A program made the position numbers and the translations under genes. Of a stretch of DNA of 43,026 bases, positions 17,002 to 25,800 are shown one piece after another. Source of the stretch: an uncultured Eubacteriales bacterium (GTDB lineage Bacteria > Bacillota > Clostridia > Christensenellales > UBA1242); assembly GCA_905203455.1 (NCBI GenBank), contig CAJKVX010000001.1, positions 1-43,026 of the forward strand. The letters are read 5' to 3'. The notes under the pieces are model-generated. The model did no database searches and was not told the origin of the DNA. It was given only the letters and a program-made list of their open reading frames with translations. Position 1 is the first letter of the stretch, and each line of letters begins with the position of its first letter.

Positions 17002-18969
17002 ATGGATAAATTACAAAATAGGGGAAACAACAATAACAAAATTAATGCTGACAATAGTTCGGCTTCTTTTGGTGAGCCTAAAAAAACAAGCAAAGTTTCT
17101 ATTAATAAATTTTTGAAAAGTTTGGGTGGAGCCCCTAAAACTAGTAATAAAAGTGAAGATGTTAAAAGTTTGCAACAAGAAGATGTTAAACCTTTACAAA
17201 ACAACCAAGAACCAACAATAAACACACAGTTACAAGAAAACCTTGAAAAACCTGTGACTAAAACTGAAATTAGTGGCATTCAGCAAACTCAGGTGGTGCA
17301 ACAAGTTGAAAATGCTACACAAAACACTGAAAACACTGAAAATTTTGAAGATGATAATGTTGAAAATCTTAATGCCGAAGCCGAAACTTCTAGCAATTTG
17401 GCTTCACCGGTTGACAATTTAAGCACTAATGATAACAACTTTGAAGAGGGGGCAGAGGTTGAAAACAAGTTTCAAACAGCGTTAGATAAATTTGCAGGCA
17501 AGGTTTGGACTTTAAAACCAAAAACCATTGAAGAAGACGGCGGTTTAGAGCAAGGTGTTGTTGACCCGTCTCAGTCTCAAGGGGTTAGCGATGCAAGCGT
17601 TATAAACGAAGCTCAAGGGCAAGAAAGCCCAGTTGAAGAAACCCCGGGGGCTTTGACTGATGGGGCTTTTGAAGGCGAACAAAATTCAACTATAGATGAT
17701 GCTGAAAACGAACAGAGTTTTGATGAAAGTTTTGAAGACCTTGACGGTGAACAGGGCGCGAGTGTAAGTGAAAATAATCAACCCCAAGGAAATGAAGAGG
17801 CTGAAAATTCAGGCGACTTTGAAGTTGATGAATTCACTAAATTTTTGCAGAGCCTTGAAAGTGGAACTCTTGCAAATGATGGTGAATCAACAGCAAATGA
17901 CACAACTAACGAAACTAATTCTTCAAACCAAGAAGAAAGTAATGCAGATGTAACAGAAGAACAAACATCTTCGCAGGGCTCTGCAAATGAAAGTGCAAAG
18001 CAAAGCCAAACAAGTGCAAGTGAAACGAGCAAACCTGAGAGCGAAATGGCTGAAAGCGAACAAGAGAGTGAAGAGAGTGAAAGCCAACCAAACAAGAACA
18101 GGCGAAGTATTTCAAAGTTAGATTATTTTAAATATAGATTTTTATCAAACAGTGCTGTTGGGGCTGATGGAAGTGCAAAGGTTGAAGAACTTGCAACTAG
18201 ATATGGCAACAGAAGGCAAGATAATGCGGGAATAATCACCAGTTCGCAAGAGGGTGATGTTGAAGTTCATTATAATGGTGAATTTAAAAAGGAAGAAATT
18301 AATCTTGACTTTTCAAAACGGGGCAATGCTCCAATTTACCGTAATTCAAATTTGCTTGCTATAATGTGCTGTGTGTTTGCATTTGTTTATGCAATTATTG
18401 GAATAAGTTTATATTTAGTTTTTGGAAGAGTAACAGAAGAACCTGTTGTTGCACAAAGAATTGATGTAAGTTTTGACGGCGTGATTTACCAAGAAGTTGG
18501 CACAACTCTTGATTTGTCAACCATAACGGTTACAACTTATTATTCAAATGAAACCCAAAGCACAACAAACTTAACAAACAGCATGATAACCTCAATTCCA
18601 TCAATTTTAAATAATAACTTGCTTGTTGTTGGTGAAAGTGTTGATGAACCTTCAACTTTAAGGTTCAGTGTTAATGGTTTCAGTTTCAGCGTTAATGTTT
18701 GGGGTTACGCATGGACTGCTGATGATATTACAGTTTATTATTATAAAACTGGGGGAAGCAGTGCTACTATTAATGCAGATAACATTAACCAAAGTGTTTT
18801 GTGTTGGGTTGAATATAGAAAAACTGTTAACAATGTAGATATGAGCAAAAAAACAATGATTAATTTGGTGGTTGGGGAAAATTGCGAAATTAGCAATAAT
18901 TTAATTACAAGTGTTACAATAGAGGTTGGTGGTAACGAGGTTACAATTAACCCAACACTTAGAACATAA
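17002..18969 (+). CDS. hypothetical single-pass membrane protein: ~450-aa acidic disordered N-terminus, one TM helix, ~175-aa beta-rich C-terminal domain
   Basis: 655-aa ORF. The N-terminal two-thirds are E/D/N/Q/S-rich low complexity. TM helix LLAIMCCVFAFVYAIIGISLYLVF lies at ~18351-18426, preceded by basic residues (NKNRR, KRGN). The C-terminal part has an alternating beta-strand pattern (IDVSFDGVIYQEVGTTLDLSTITVTTYY). The SD is weak. Confidence 0.7.
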   Translation: MDKLQNRGNNNNKINADNSSASFGEPKKTSKVSINKFLKSLGGAPKTSNKSEDVKSLQQEDVKPLQNNQEPTINTQLQENLEKPVTKTEISGIQQTQVVQQVENATQNTENTENFEDDNVENLNAEAETSSNLASPVDNLSTNDNNFEEGAEVENKFQTALDKFAGKVWTLKPKTIEEDGGLEQGVVDPSQSQGVSDASVINEAQGQESPVEETPGALTDGAFEGEQNSTIDDAENEQSFDESFEDLDGEQGASVSENNQPQGNEEAENSGDFEVDEFTKFLQSLESGTLANDGESTANDTTNETNSSNQEESNADVTEEQTSSQGSANESAKQSQTSASETSKPESEMAESEQESEESESQPNKNRRSISKLDYFKYRFLSNSAVGADGSAKVEELATRYGNRRQDNAGIITSSQEGDVEVHYNGEFKKEEINLDFSKRGNAPIYRNSNLLAIMCCVFAFVYAIIGISLYLVFGRVTEEPVVAQRIDVSFDGVIYQEVGTTLDLSTITVTTYYSNETQSTTNLTNSMITSIPSILNNNLLVVGESVDEPSTLRFSVNGFSFSVNVWGYAWTADDITVYYYKTGGSSATINADNINQSVLCWVEYRKTVNNVDMSKKTMINLVVGENCEISNNLITSVTIEVGGNEVTINPTLRT

Positions 18970-18972
18970 TGT

Positions 18973-19002
18973 AAAATCACCTTTTTGTGAGGTGATTTTT
19001 TT
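18973..19002 (+). terminator. rho-independent terminator
   Basis: AAAATCACC (18973-18981) pairs perfectly with GGTGATTTT (18991-18999). 9-nt loop. The T-run continues to 19002. Starts 4 nt after the stop codon. Confidence 0.65.
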
Positions 19003-19222
19003 GTTGACAAATTTTATAGTTGTCTATTTTTTATGTTAACTAACATTAACCTGTTTGGTTATATCTTTTTTTTGTGTGTCATATAATCAAAAAAAAGACC
19101 TAAACTCTTTATGATAAAAAACTTTAAAAAAGGACATAAAAGTTTCGTGGGCGACATTTTGTAAAATAATTCTTATTTAAGATTTAGGTGAATATAAAAT
19201 ACAATAAAGGAGCTAGCGCATT

Positions 19223-19987
19223 ATGAAAATTTGTAGTATTAACATAAGACCATTAAAAGTGTTTACGGTGTTCTTGCTTGTTGTTGCAATGCTTACTTGT
19301 TTGCTTGTGTTTAGTAAATCTCAAACTGTATACTTTGGATACACAGCAAGAAAAGTTCCCATTTACAGTGTAAACACCACCGAAAAAAAGGTTGCATTAA
19401 CATTTGATGCTGCATGGGGAGCCGACAAAACCAGCAAAATTATAGAAATTTGCAAAGAAAACAACATTGAGGCAACTTTCTTTTTGGTTGGATTTTGGAT
19501 AGAGGCTTATCCTGAAAAGGTTAAAGAAATTTATGATGCGGGGTTTGACATTGGCACACACAGCAACACCCACCCGCAAATGAGTAAACTTTCAGCAGCT
19601 CAAATTCAGCAAGAATTACAATACTCTTGCAACTTGCTTACAACAATCACGGGGCAGAAGGTAAGATTTTTCCGTCCACCTTATGGCGATTATAACGACT
19701 TATTAATTACACAGGCAACAAGCCTTGGTTTGCAAACAATTCAATGGAGCGTTGACTCACTTGATTGGAAAGGGCTTTCTGCTAGTCAAATTTTAACAAG
19801 GGTTAACAGCGGAGTGCATGATGGGGCAATAATTCTGTTCCACAACAACAGCGACCACATTGTTGAGGCTTTGCCAACAATTATTTCAAACCTTAAAGAG
19901 CAAGGATATTCAATGGTTAAATTAAGTGATTTGGTTTATGAAAGTGACTACACAGTTGATAATAATGGCGTGCAATCAAAAAATTAA
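19223..19987 (+). CDS. polysaccharide deacetylase (NodB homology domain), PdaB-like, with N-terminal signal anchor
   Basis: AAAGGAG RBS. N-terminal hydrophobic segment VFTVFLLVVAMLTCLLVF. NodB motifs LTFDAAWG, ATFFLVG, GTHSNTHP, FFRPPYG, WSVDSLDW and ILFH. Confidence 0.85.
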   Translation: MKICSINIRPLKVFTVFLLVVAMLTCLLVFSKSQTVYFGYTARKVPIYSVNTTEKKVALTFDAAWGADKTSKIIEICKENNIEATFFLVGFWIEAYPEKVKEIYDAGFDIGTHSNTHPQMSKLSAAQIQQELQYSCNLLTTITGQKVRFFRPPYGDYNDLLITQATSLGLQTIQWSVDSLDWKGLSASQILTRVNSGVHDGAIILFHNNSDHIVEALPTIISNLKEQGYSMVKLSDLVYESDYTVDNNGVQSKN

Positions 19988-20000
19988 TTTGGAGGAAAAT

Positions 20001-20690
20001 ATGAGCAACAATTTTGAAAAGAACAATCAAGTAACAATTAAAGGAGAAGTTGTAAGCGAACCTGTGTTTAGCCACAGCGTGCTTGGGGAAGGGTTTTATA
20101 ACCTTACTGTTAAAGTTCCAAGGCTTTCAAACGAAGCAGATTTTATTCCCGTTACCATTAGCGAAAGACTTATGGAGAACATTAAACTTGGCTTAACTGT
20201 GGCATTTTGCGGGCAATTTAGAAGTTATAACAAACTTGTGGGGCAAAAAAGCAAACTTATGCTTACACTGTTTGTAAGGGCAAGGCTTGACCCTGAAACT
20301 TGTGATGAAATTAATTCAATAAGTTTAATTGGATATGTTTGCAAAGAGCCAATTTACCGCACAACTCCGTTTGGAAGAGAGATAAGCGATTTGTTAGTTG
20401 CGGTGAACAGGGCATATAATAAAAGTGATTATCTTCCTTGCATTGCGTGGGGCAGAAATGCAAGGTTTGCGTTAAACCTTAATGTTGGAGAAAAGATTGA
20501 GATATTAGGAAGAATTCAAAGCAGGGAATATCAAAAAAAACTAGAAAATGATGTTGTTGAAACAAGAATTGCTTATGAAATTTCAATTAACAGCATTGGC
20601 CTTGCAGAAATTGGTGACAGCGCCGAAGTTGAAACAAATCATGTTTACAACAATAGTCAAGGCACAAACTTTGGGGCAAATATTATTTAA
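20001..20690 (+). CDS. SSB-like OB-fold protein with two tandem OB modules
   Basis: The track start is GTG 19926, inside the upstream gene. ATG 20001 follows GGAGGA (19991-19996). Module 1 is NQVTIKGEVVSEPVFSHSVLGEGFYNLTVKVPRLS..DFIPVTISERL. Module 2 is ISLIGYVCKEPIYRTTPFGREISDLLVAVNRAYNKSDYLPCIAWGRNARF...GRIQSREYQKK. This pattern is one I recall from clostridial proteins annotated as single-stranded DNA-binding protein. Confidence 0.6.
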   Translation: MSNNFEKNNQVTIKGEVVSEPVFSHSVLGEGFYNLTVKVPRLSNEADFIPVTISERLMENIKLGLTVAFCGQFRSYNKLVGQKSKLMLTLFVRARLDPETCDEINSISLIGYVCKEPIYRTTPFGREISDLLVAVNRAYNKSDYLPCIAWGRNARFALNLNVGEKIEILGRIQSREYQKKLENDVVETRIAYEISINSIGLAEIGDSAEVETNHVYNNSQGTNFGANII

Positions 20691-20726
20691 ACACGGCACA
20701 GTTTAAAATTGTTGCTTAAAAATAAA

Positions 20727-20776
20727 CACCTGAAATTTAAGTAAATCTTTATCTTAAAATTTCAGGTGATTTTTTA
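20727..20776. terminator. bidirectional rho-independent terminator between convergent genes
   Basis: Perfect 12-bp stem CACCTGAAATTT (20727-20738) / AAATTTCAGGTG (20757-20768) with an 18-nt loop. Flanked by an A-run upstream (AAAAATAAA) and ATTTTTTATT downstream. Confidence 0.7.
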
Positions 20777-20936
20777 TTGCTTTAATTTTACAACGCAAAC
20801 AATTATAGGGGTTGCAAAATAAAAATTTATGTGTTTTATCACAAAGATTGCTTTTTGTTCTTATAAATTTCAACAAAATGTCAGTTAATTACAAAATATT
20901 TTCAAATTTGTTCATGCAGATTACGATATTTACCAT

Positions 20937-22796
20937 CTAATCATGGTTAATTTTCTTTTTAACAAACAGCAACACAATTAGAAAAATCACATTAAGCCCA
21001 ACAAAAACCAAACCAATTATTTGCAAAGTTGACCATGAGTCTCTTGAAACATTGTCTGCTAAAACATAACCTGTTATTTCTTCACCACTTGCATTGTTAT
21101 AGGTTATTTTAATGTATCTTGCGTTGGTGCTTTGACCATCTTCAATTTTAACGCGTTGCCCTTCATTAATGGTGTCAATAACGGCGCTGTCATCATTAGC
21201 CTCTAAATAAACATTGGTTTGATGGGTTATTGTTGCATTGCAAGAAACCATGGTTTGAACACCGCTTGATGCAAGAGTTCTTAAACTTTCAACAAAACCA
21301 ATTGTGCCGTCTTGAGTTTGCACTAAAATGAATTTGTCATCACCAGCACTGTAATTATTGTTAACAGTGTTTGAAATAACAGTTAAAGTGGTGACGGTTG
21401 AAAAGGTGCTAAGTTTTGTGTTTGTGTCATCAACTAATCTTGAAGGCAGTTTGTAAAGATTGGTGTTTGAATAAACTTTCACTTGGGTTAAATTAAAACT
21501 TGATTGTTCAAGTTGCAAAAGGTCAGTGGTTTTAATAAACCCATAGTAATTTTGGCTATTTGAAGTGTAAATGCAATAAACAAAATCTTCAAGATAATTT
21601 TCTCCAATTTTAACATCTTTAATTTCACAAACCATTTCGCCTTCGCTAATTTCCAGAATTGGTGAGGTTGAAAATGGGGTTTGGTAAATGTTAGTGGCAG
21701 ACACAGTTCTGTAATATGTAAAATTTTGAGGTTCAATGTCAACTGTTGAAAGTTCATCATTTGAAATTAATTCTTGATTATCAAATGTTAAGGTATAATC
21801 TTGGTCGGTTCCAGTAAGCGACAGAAGATTAACACATTGGTTTAAATTATCTGAAATATAAATCAAATTACCAAAAGAAGAGAAGTTGTGGCTTAAAGAT
21901 GAAGCGAAAGTGTAATGAAATTCATAATCTGCTGTGTAATTTGAAGAAAAGTTTTCTTTGTAAACCCTTATTTCATTTTGGCAAATAACTGCAAGGTAAG
22001 AATTTTCATTATAATTTAGCCTCACAACATCTAAAATCTGTTCAGTTATGCCCAGTTCAAGGTTGGTGAAAGGATAGTTATTTAAAGCCTGTTCTGTTGG
22101 ATTAATTGCCATATAATAAATCGAATTGTCGCTAGAAAAAACTAAGTTAATTTCATTTTCGGCAGATGATGGGGAAATTTCAATGTGGCTTATTGGGGTT
22201 TTAAGGGTTAAATCTCTTGAAGCATTAATTGTGATTGAGGTGTTACTGAATTGCCAACTACTCTCAGAATTTTGAAGGTTAAACACTTCAATTGAGTTTT
22301 CAAGATTTATTTCATCAAACTTTGTAAGCACAACAGTTATGTTGTTTTCACTTGTTTTGTAAACCGCAAAATTGTTGGCGTTAGCAATAGTTGGAGCATT
22401 AGTAGTGTTTAGTTGTGCAATTTCACTGAAATTATTAGCATTATAAACTTCAACAACACAAGGGTTGTTTTTTAGCACAAAAAGTAGGTCATCAGCCACA
22501 TGAAGTTTAACAACATCACTTGCCGTAAGGGTTGGATAATCTTGCCTTAAATCTAATGATGTTGTTTGGTAACATTTGATAAGGCTATCATAACTGTCAT
22601 AAACAAAAATGTAGTTATCGTTTGCAGCAATGTATTGTGGGCTGTAAAGCAGAACAAGTGAACTTTTAGATAATTGTTCTTGACCCTGTTGAGCAAACGC
22701 AACTTCCCTTTGGCTAGAAGCCCTAGCCAAAGGTTGAAATTGCATAAAGCAAGCAACTAAAATTAAAACAAGTAAACTAAATTTTATTCTTTTCAT
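20937..22796 (-). CDS. secreted, C-terminally membrane-anchored protein with beta-rich N-terminal domain and three SH3b-like modules
   Basis: AGGAG (complement of 22803-22807) lies 6 nt before the ATG, and the gene starts only 12 nt after the giant gene's stop. Signal peptide MKRIKFSLLVLILVACFMQFQPLARA/SS. Three SH3_3-like units, for example TNVYLEANDDSAVIDTINEGQRVKIEDG..ARYIKITYNNASGEEITGYVLADNV. C-terminal TM LQIIGLVFVGLNVIFLIVLLFV followed by KKKINHD. Confidence 0.8.
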   Translation of the reverse strand: MKRIKFSLLVLILVACFMQFQPLARASSQREVAFAQQGQEQLSKSSLVLLYSPQYIAANDNYIFVYDSYDSLIKCYQTTSLDLRQDYPTLTASDVVKLHVADDLLFVLKNNPCVVEVYNANNFSEIAQLNTTNAPTIANANNFAVYKTSENNITVVLTKFDEINLENSIEVFNLQNSESSWQFSNTSITINASRDLTLKTPISHIEISPSSAENEINLVFSSDNSIYYMAINPTEQALNNYPFTNLELGITEQILDVVRLNYNENSYLAVICQNEIRVYKENFSSNYTADYEFHYTFASSLSHNFSSFGNLIYISDNLNQCVNLLSLTGTDQDYTLTFDNQELISNDELSTVDIEPQNFTYYRTVSATNIYQTPFSTSPILEISEGEMVCEIKDVKIGENYLEDFVYCIYTSNSQNYYGFIKTTDLLQLEQSSFNLTQVKVYSNTNLYKLPSRLVDDTNTKLSTFSTVTTLTVISNTVNNNYSAGDDKFILVQTQDGTIGFVESLRTLASSGVQTMVSCNATITHQTNVYLEANDDSAVIDTINEGQRVKIEDGQSTNARYIKITYNNASGEEITGYVLADNVSRDSWSTLQIIGLVFVGLNVIFLIVLLFVKKKINHD

Positions 22797-22808
22797 AATA
22801 AACTCCTG

Positions 22809-25800
22809 TTAAAGTGGGGGAAGATGTGACCAATCGATATTTTCAACATATTGAGAAACAACCTGAGCGACATAAAGGGTTCCGGCGGCGAGACCAATAA
22901 CGACAGCCGCACCCCCAGCAAGTGTTGCTGCAGTAGAACCTCCTGGAACTAAAAATAGTGCTACACGCAAAACTGAGCTGATTGCTGAAGCTATGGCACC
23001 AATTGGTAGGATATGAACTGCAAGAATTAGAGCCACACCTGCAACAACAATTCCCACAACAATTCCTGCGGTTTGGTTATTTGTTGGCGCCGTACCTATC
23101 CAGAATGGAAGGGAGAATACATTCATTTTTTCACTGTCATCAATTGTTAAAATATTAATAATTTCAGATGATTCATCTATTTCTGCAGCGTTTGGATAAA
23201 CTGAACTTACAAGTTGATTAACATATGTTCCTTCATGATATCTCATTGCTCCTGCAAGAGCAGAGAAAAGATTCCTAATTTTTTGCCATGTGTCAGGAGT
23301 TTCAGAGTTATCAAGCATTTGAATGGTATTGTTAATGTTATTGTCATAATTGAAAAATAGTCTTCCAAAGCGTTCTGCTGATTGATAAGTAAGTGTTGCA
23401 TGACTGTAAGCCAAGTGTGCTTTTTCGCCAGTTTTACCATCTTCAGAAATCCATTGGTCAACATATTTTAAAGCAAGCTCTGTGAATGTTACAACACTAT
23501 CTCCGCTTTTAACATAGAACGGGTTAAATTCGTCACTTGATTTTGCTGTGTAAATAGCGCCACTAGTTTCGTCAGGTTTAATTGTCTCAGTTTCATTCCT
23601 TGGGTTTCTAAATAAGTCTAACAACTCGGTGTCTGTGATAACATCAACATTGCTGTTTCCATAAGCGTTTATGTAACCCTTATCAATTAGTTCAGCTAAT
23701 GTTTTACTTACTGTTCGCCCAGTATACCATTCAAAAACATTTATTTCAGTAATTTTAAAGGTGTTATATGGGTCAAATGAAGGGTCAATTAAACCGCGAG
23801 ATTTCAATTGATTAAAGATAGTTTCAATGTCGGTTGCTAATAGACCTGTGTTGTTTTTATTGAATATTTCATCATCAAAATAATCTAGAAGTTTTGCATT
23901 TTCATTATATGTGAAGCCTTCAATCTTGCAGAAGTTATTTAATAATAATAAGAAACTACTAATGATTGTGCTATAAGGATTATTACCACTAGCTGATAAA
24001 GATTGATTTAACTCCAATAATTTATTTGCGATGAATGCGCCGTTTTCAACAATGTAGTATTTGTAACTTACTATGTTTTTGATAACAAAGTCTAAGTCTG
24101 ACTCTGCTGTTTTTTCACTTGGTCTTGAAGTGAGTTCAACTTCGGTTTGACCGTCAGTTATTTTTGCAACAAGTGGGGTAGACTTTTTACCATACATTAA
24201 ATACAATGTGAAGTTGCAGTTTGAAAGTTGGAAGTCTGGGTCAGTAAACAGTTCGGTGTTTTCAAACATTCGGTTATAAAACCCTGAAATTAATCTTAAA
24301 TCGCTGTTTGAGTTTTGGTCAAAATAACTAATGTCACTAAGTTCATTTGTTTTTGTGAATTCTTGCATTTTTTCTAAATACTCTGAATCGTCAAAAGAGA
24401 ACGGAATTACGGTTTGGTCATCAGTTGGAGAATTAGGCATTATTTTAACACTTGGGAATCCAACATTTGCTTTTGCCGTTACCACAAAGTTAACTTTGTA
24501 ATTTGCTATAACTTCGCCATTTACTGGATTGCCGGATTCATCTAATTCAATAACATTGCCTTCTGCATCAATAGGGGTTGCAACAATGTTGTAAGACGAA
24601 AGGTCAACTTGACGCTTGTTGTTGAATGAAACTGAAATTAGCCCTGGCTTAATATAAGTTGCTGCTGCGCCCGTGTTGGTTGTGTCTCTTTCAAAATATG
24701 TTGAAATGTTTGATGGGTCAGAATAGTTATATAAAGTTATGTTTGTTTGTTTGAAGAAGTTTGATGTATTAACTTGTGCTGGTTCTGTTATTTCAACACC
24801 ATTTTCGTCATATACGCCAGTTGGAACTTGGTTAAAGACAATTTCAATTCTTTGGTTTTTATTGTTTGCATCAAGAACATAATTATTATTAATCCCTTTG
24901 TATTTTAAGTAATAAGTGTAAACATGGTTTCCTTCCTCATCAAGAACATAGTTTATAACAGTTTGCCCATTCACAATCGTGTAAGTTACTTTTGGTTCAG
25001 GGTCGAGTGATGCGGCAACATCAATTAAGCTAACTTTAATTTTAGATTTTTCATAAAGCATGCTATCTCCGGCGTTGTTGTTTAAAACATCAAGTTCATC
25101 TGCATTTTGGTCATAATAGGTTTCAATAAAACTTACATTTCCGTTTTCATCTTTAATTGAAACATAGTTGCTGTAATTAGTAATTCCATCACTTTGTTCA
25201 GCAGCAAGGTCAGTTTCTTTAATTACAAATGAAATAACATAACTCATTGGGGCAAAGTAGGCTCCAACAACAAGGTTTGAAGTAACATTGTTAATGTAAA
25301 GGTTGTTTCTTGCATTTTGTGGGTTTGTTAGAATAAGTTGCTCGTCGCTTTCAAAAGTGAGGAAAGTTGTGTCTTCACTTGCAAACAGGGCTTTCACTTC
25401 ATCAATTGTTTTTGTTGAGCCACCTTCCATAACAAACATATTATTTTGCCTGTAATAATTTGTTGCCCAACCAACAAGGTTAGAGAACGGATAATTCTGT
25501 GTTGTTATTATTGCTGGTTCACCATTGTAAGCAAAGGCAGTTGTGGTGCTTGCAAGTTTGCCACTTGAAGAGTTTTGGTCTTCATCAAGGTCAATGCCGT
25601 TGATTGATTGTCCTTCAAGAGCAGATGTGTCATTAGAGTTTTGGGCTAATAACTGTTCATAACTGTTATAAACTGTGTCGCTTAAATCTTTAAGCCTTAT
25701 ATCAATTTGGTGAAGCACTTTTTCATACAATGCAATAATTTGAGTGTCGCCACTTAAAGAAATGTTTGGAAGAGTGTAGGTGTATGTTTGTGTTGTTGAG

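Noticed and set aside
16965-17279. 104-aa minus-strand ORF overlapping the start of the 17002 gene
   Set aside because: It overlaps the candidate promoter and 5' end of a 655-aa ORF on the other strand. It has no RBS, and its Leu/Phe-rich composition comes from reading AT-rich DNA antisense.
19033-19087. Inverted repeat ATGTTA-AC-TAACAT (19033-19046), and a CATATAAT -10-like element (19080-19087) upstream of the deacetylase gene
   Set aside because: The 6-bp arms are AT-rich. The -35 partner is poor (TTATAT), and the element lies ~135 nt from the start codon. It could be a SigA or sporulation-sigma promoter, but the sequence alone does not support a call.
18970-19222. 253-nt intergenic region, checked for a riboswitch, T-box or small RNA
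   Set aside because: It shows no conserved riboswitch cores and no extended GC-containing helices beyond the terminator at 18973-19002. It is mostly A/T runs.
19926-20000. Upstream extensions chosen by the track (GTG 19926, and likewise TTG 1700, TTG 2325 and TTG 3501)
   Set aside because: Each extension overlaps the preceding gene. Each is followed in frame by an ATG with a good Shine-Dalgarno site (20001, 1739, 2349, 3531), after which the conserved N-terminus of the family begins.
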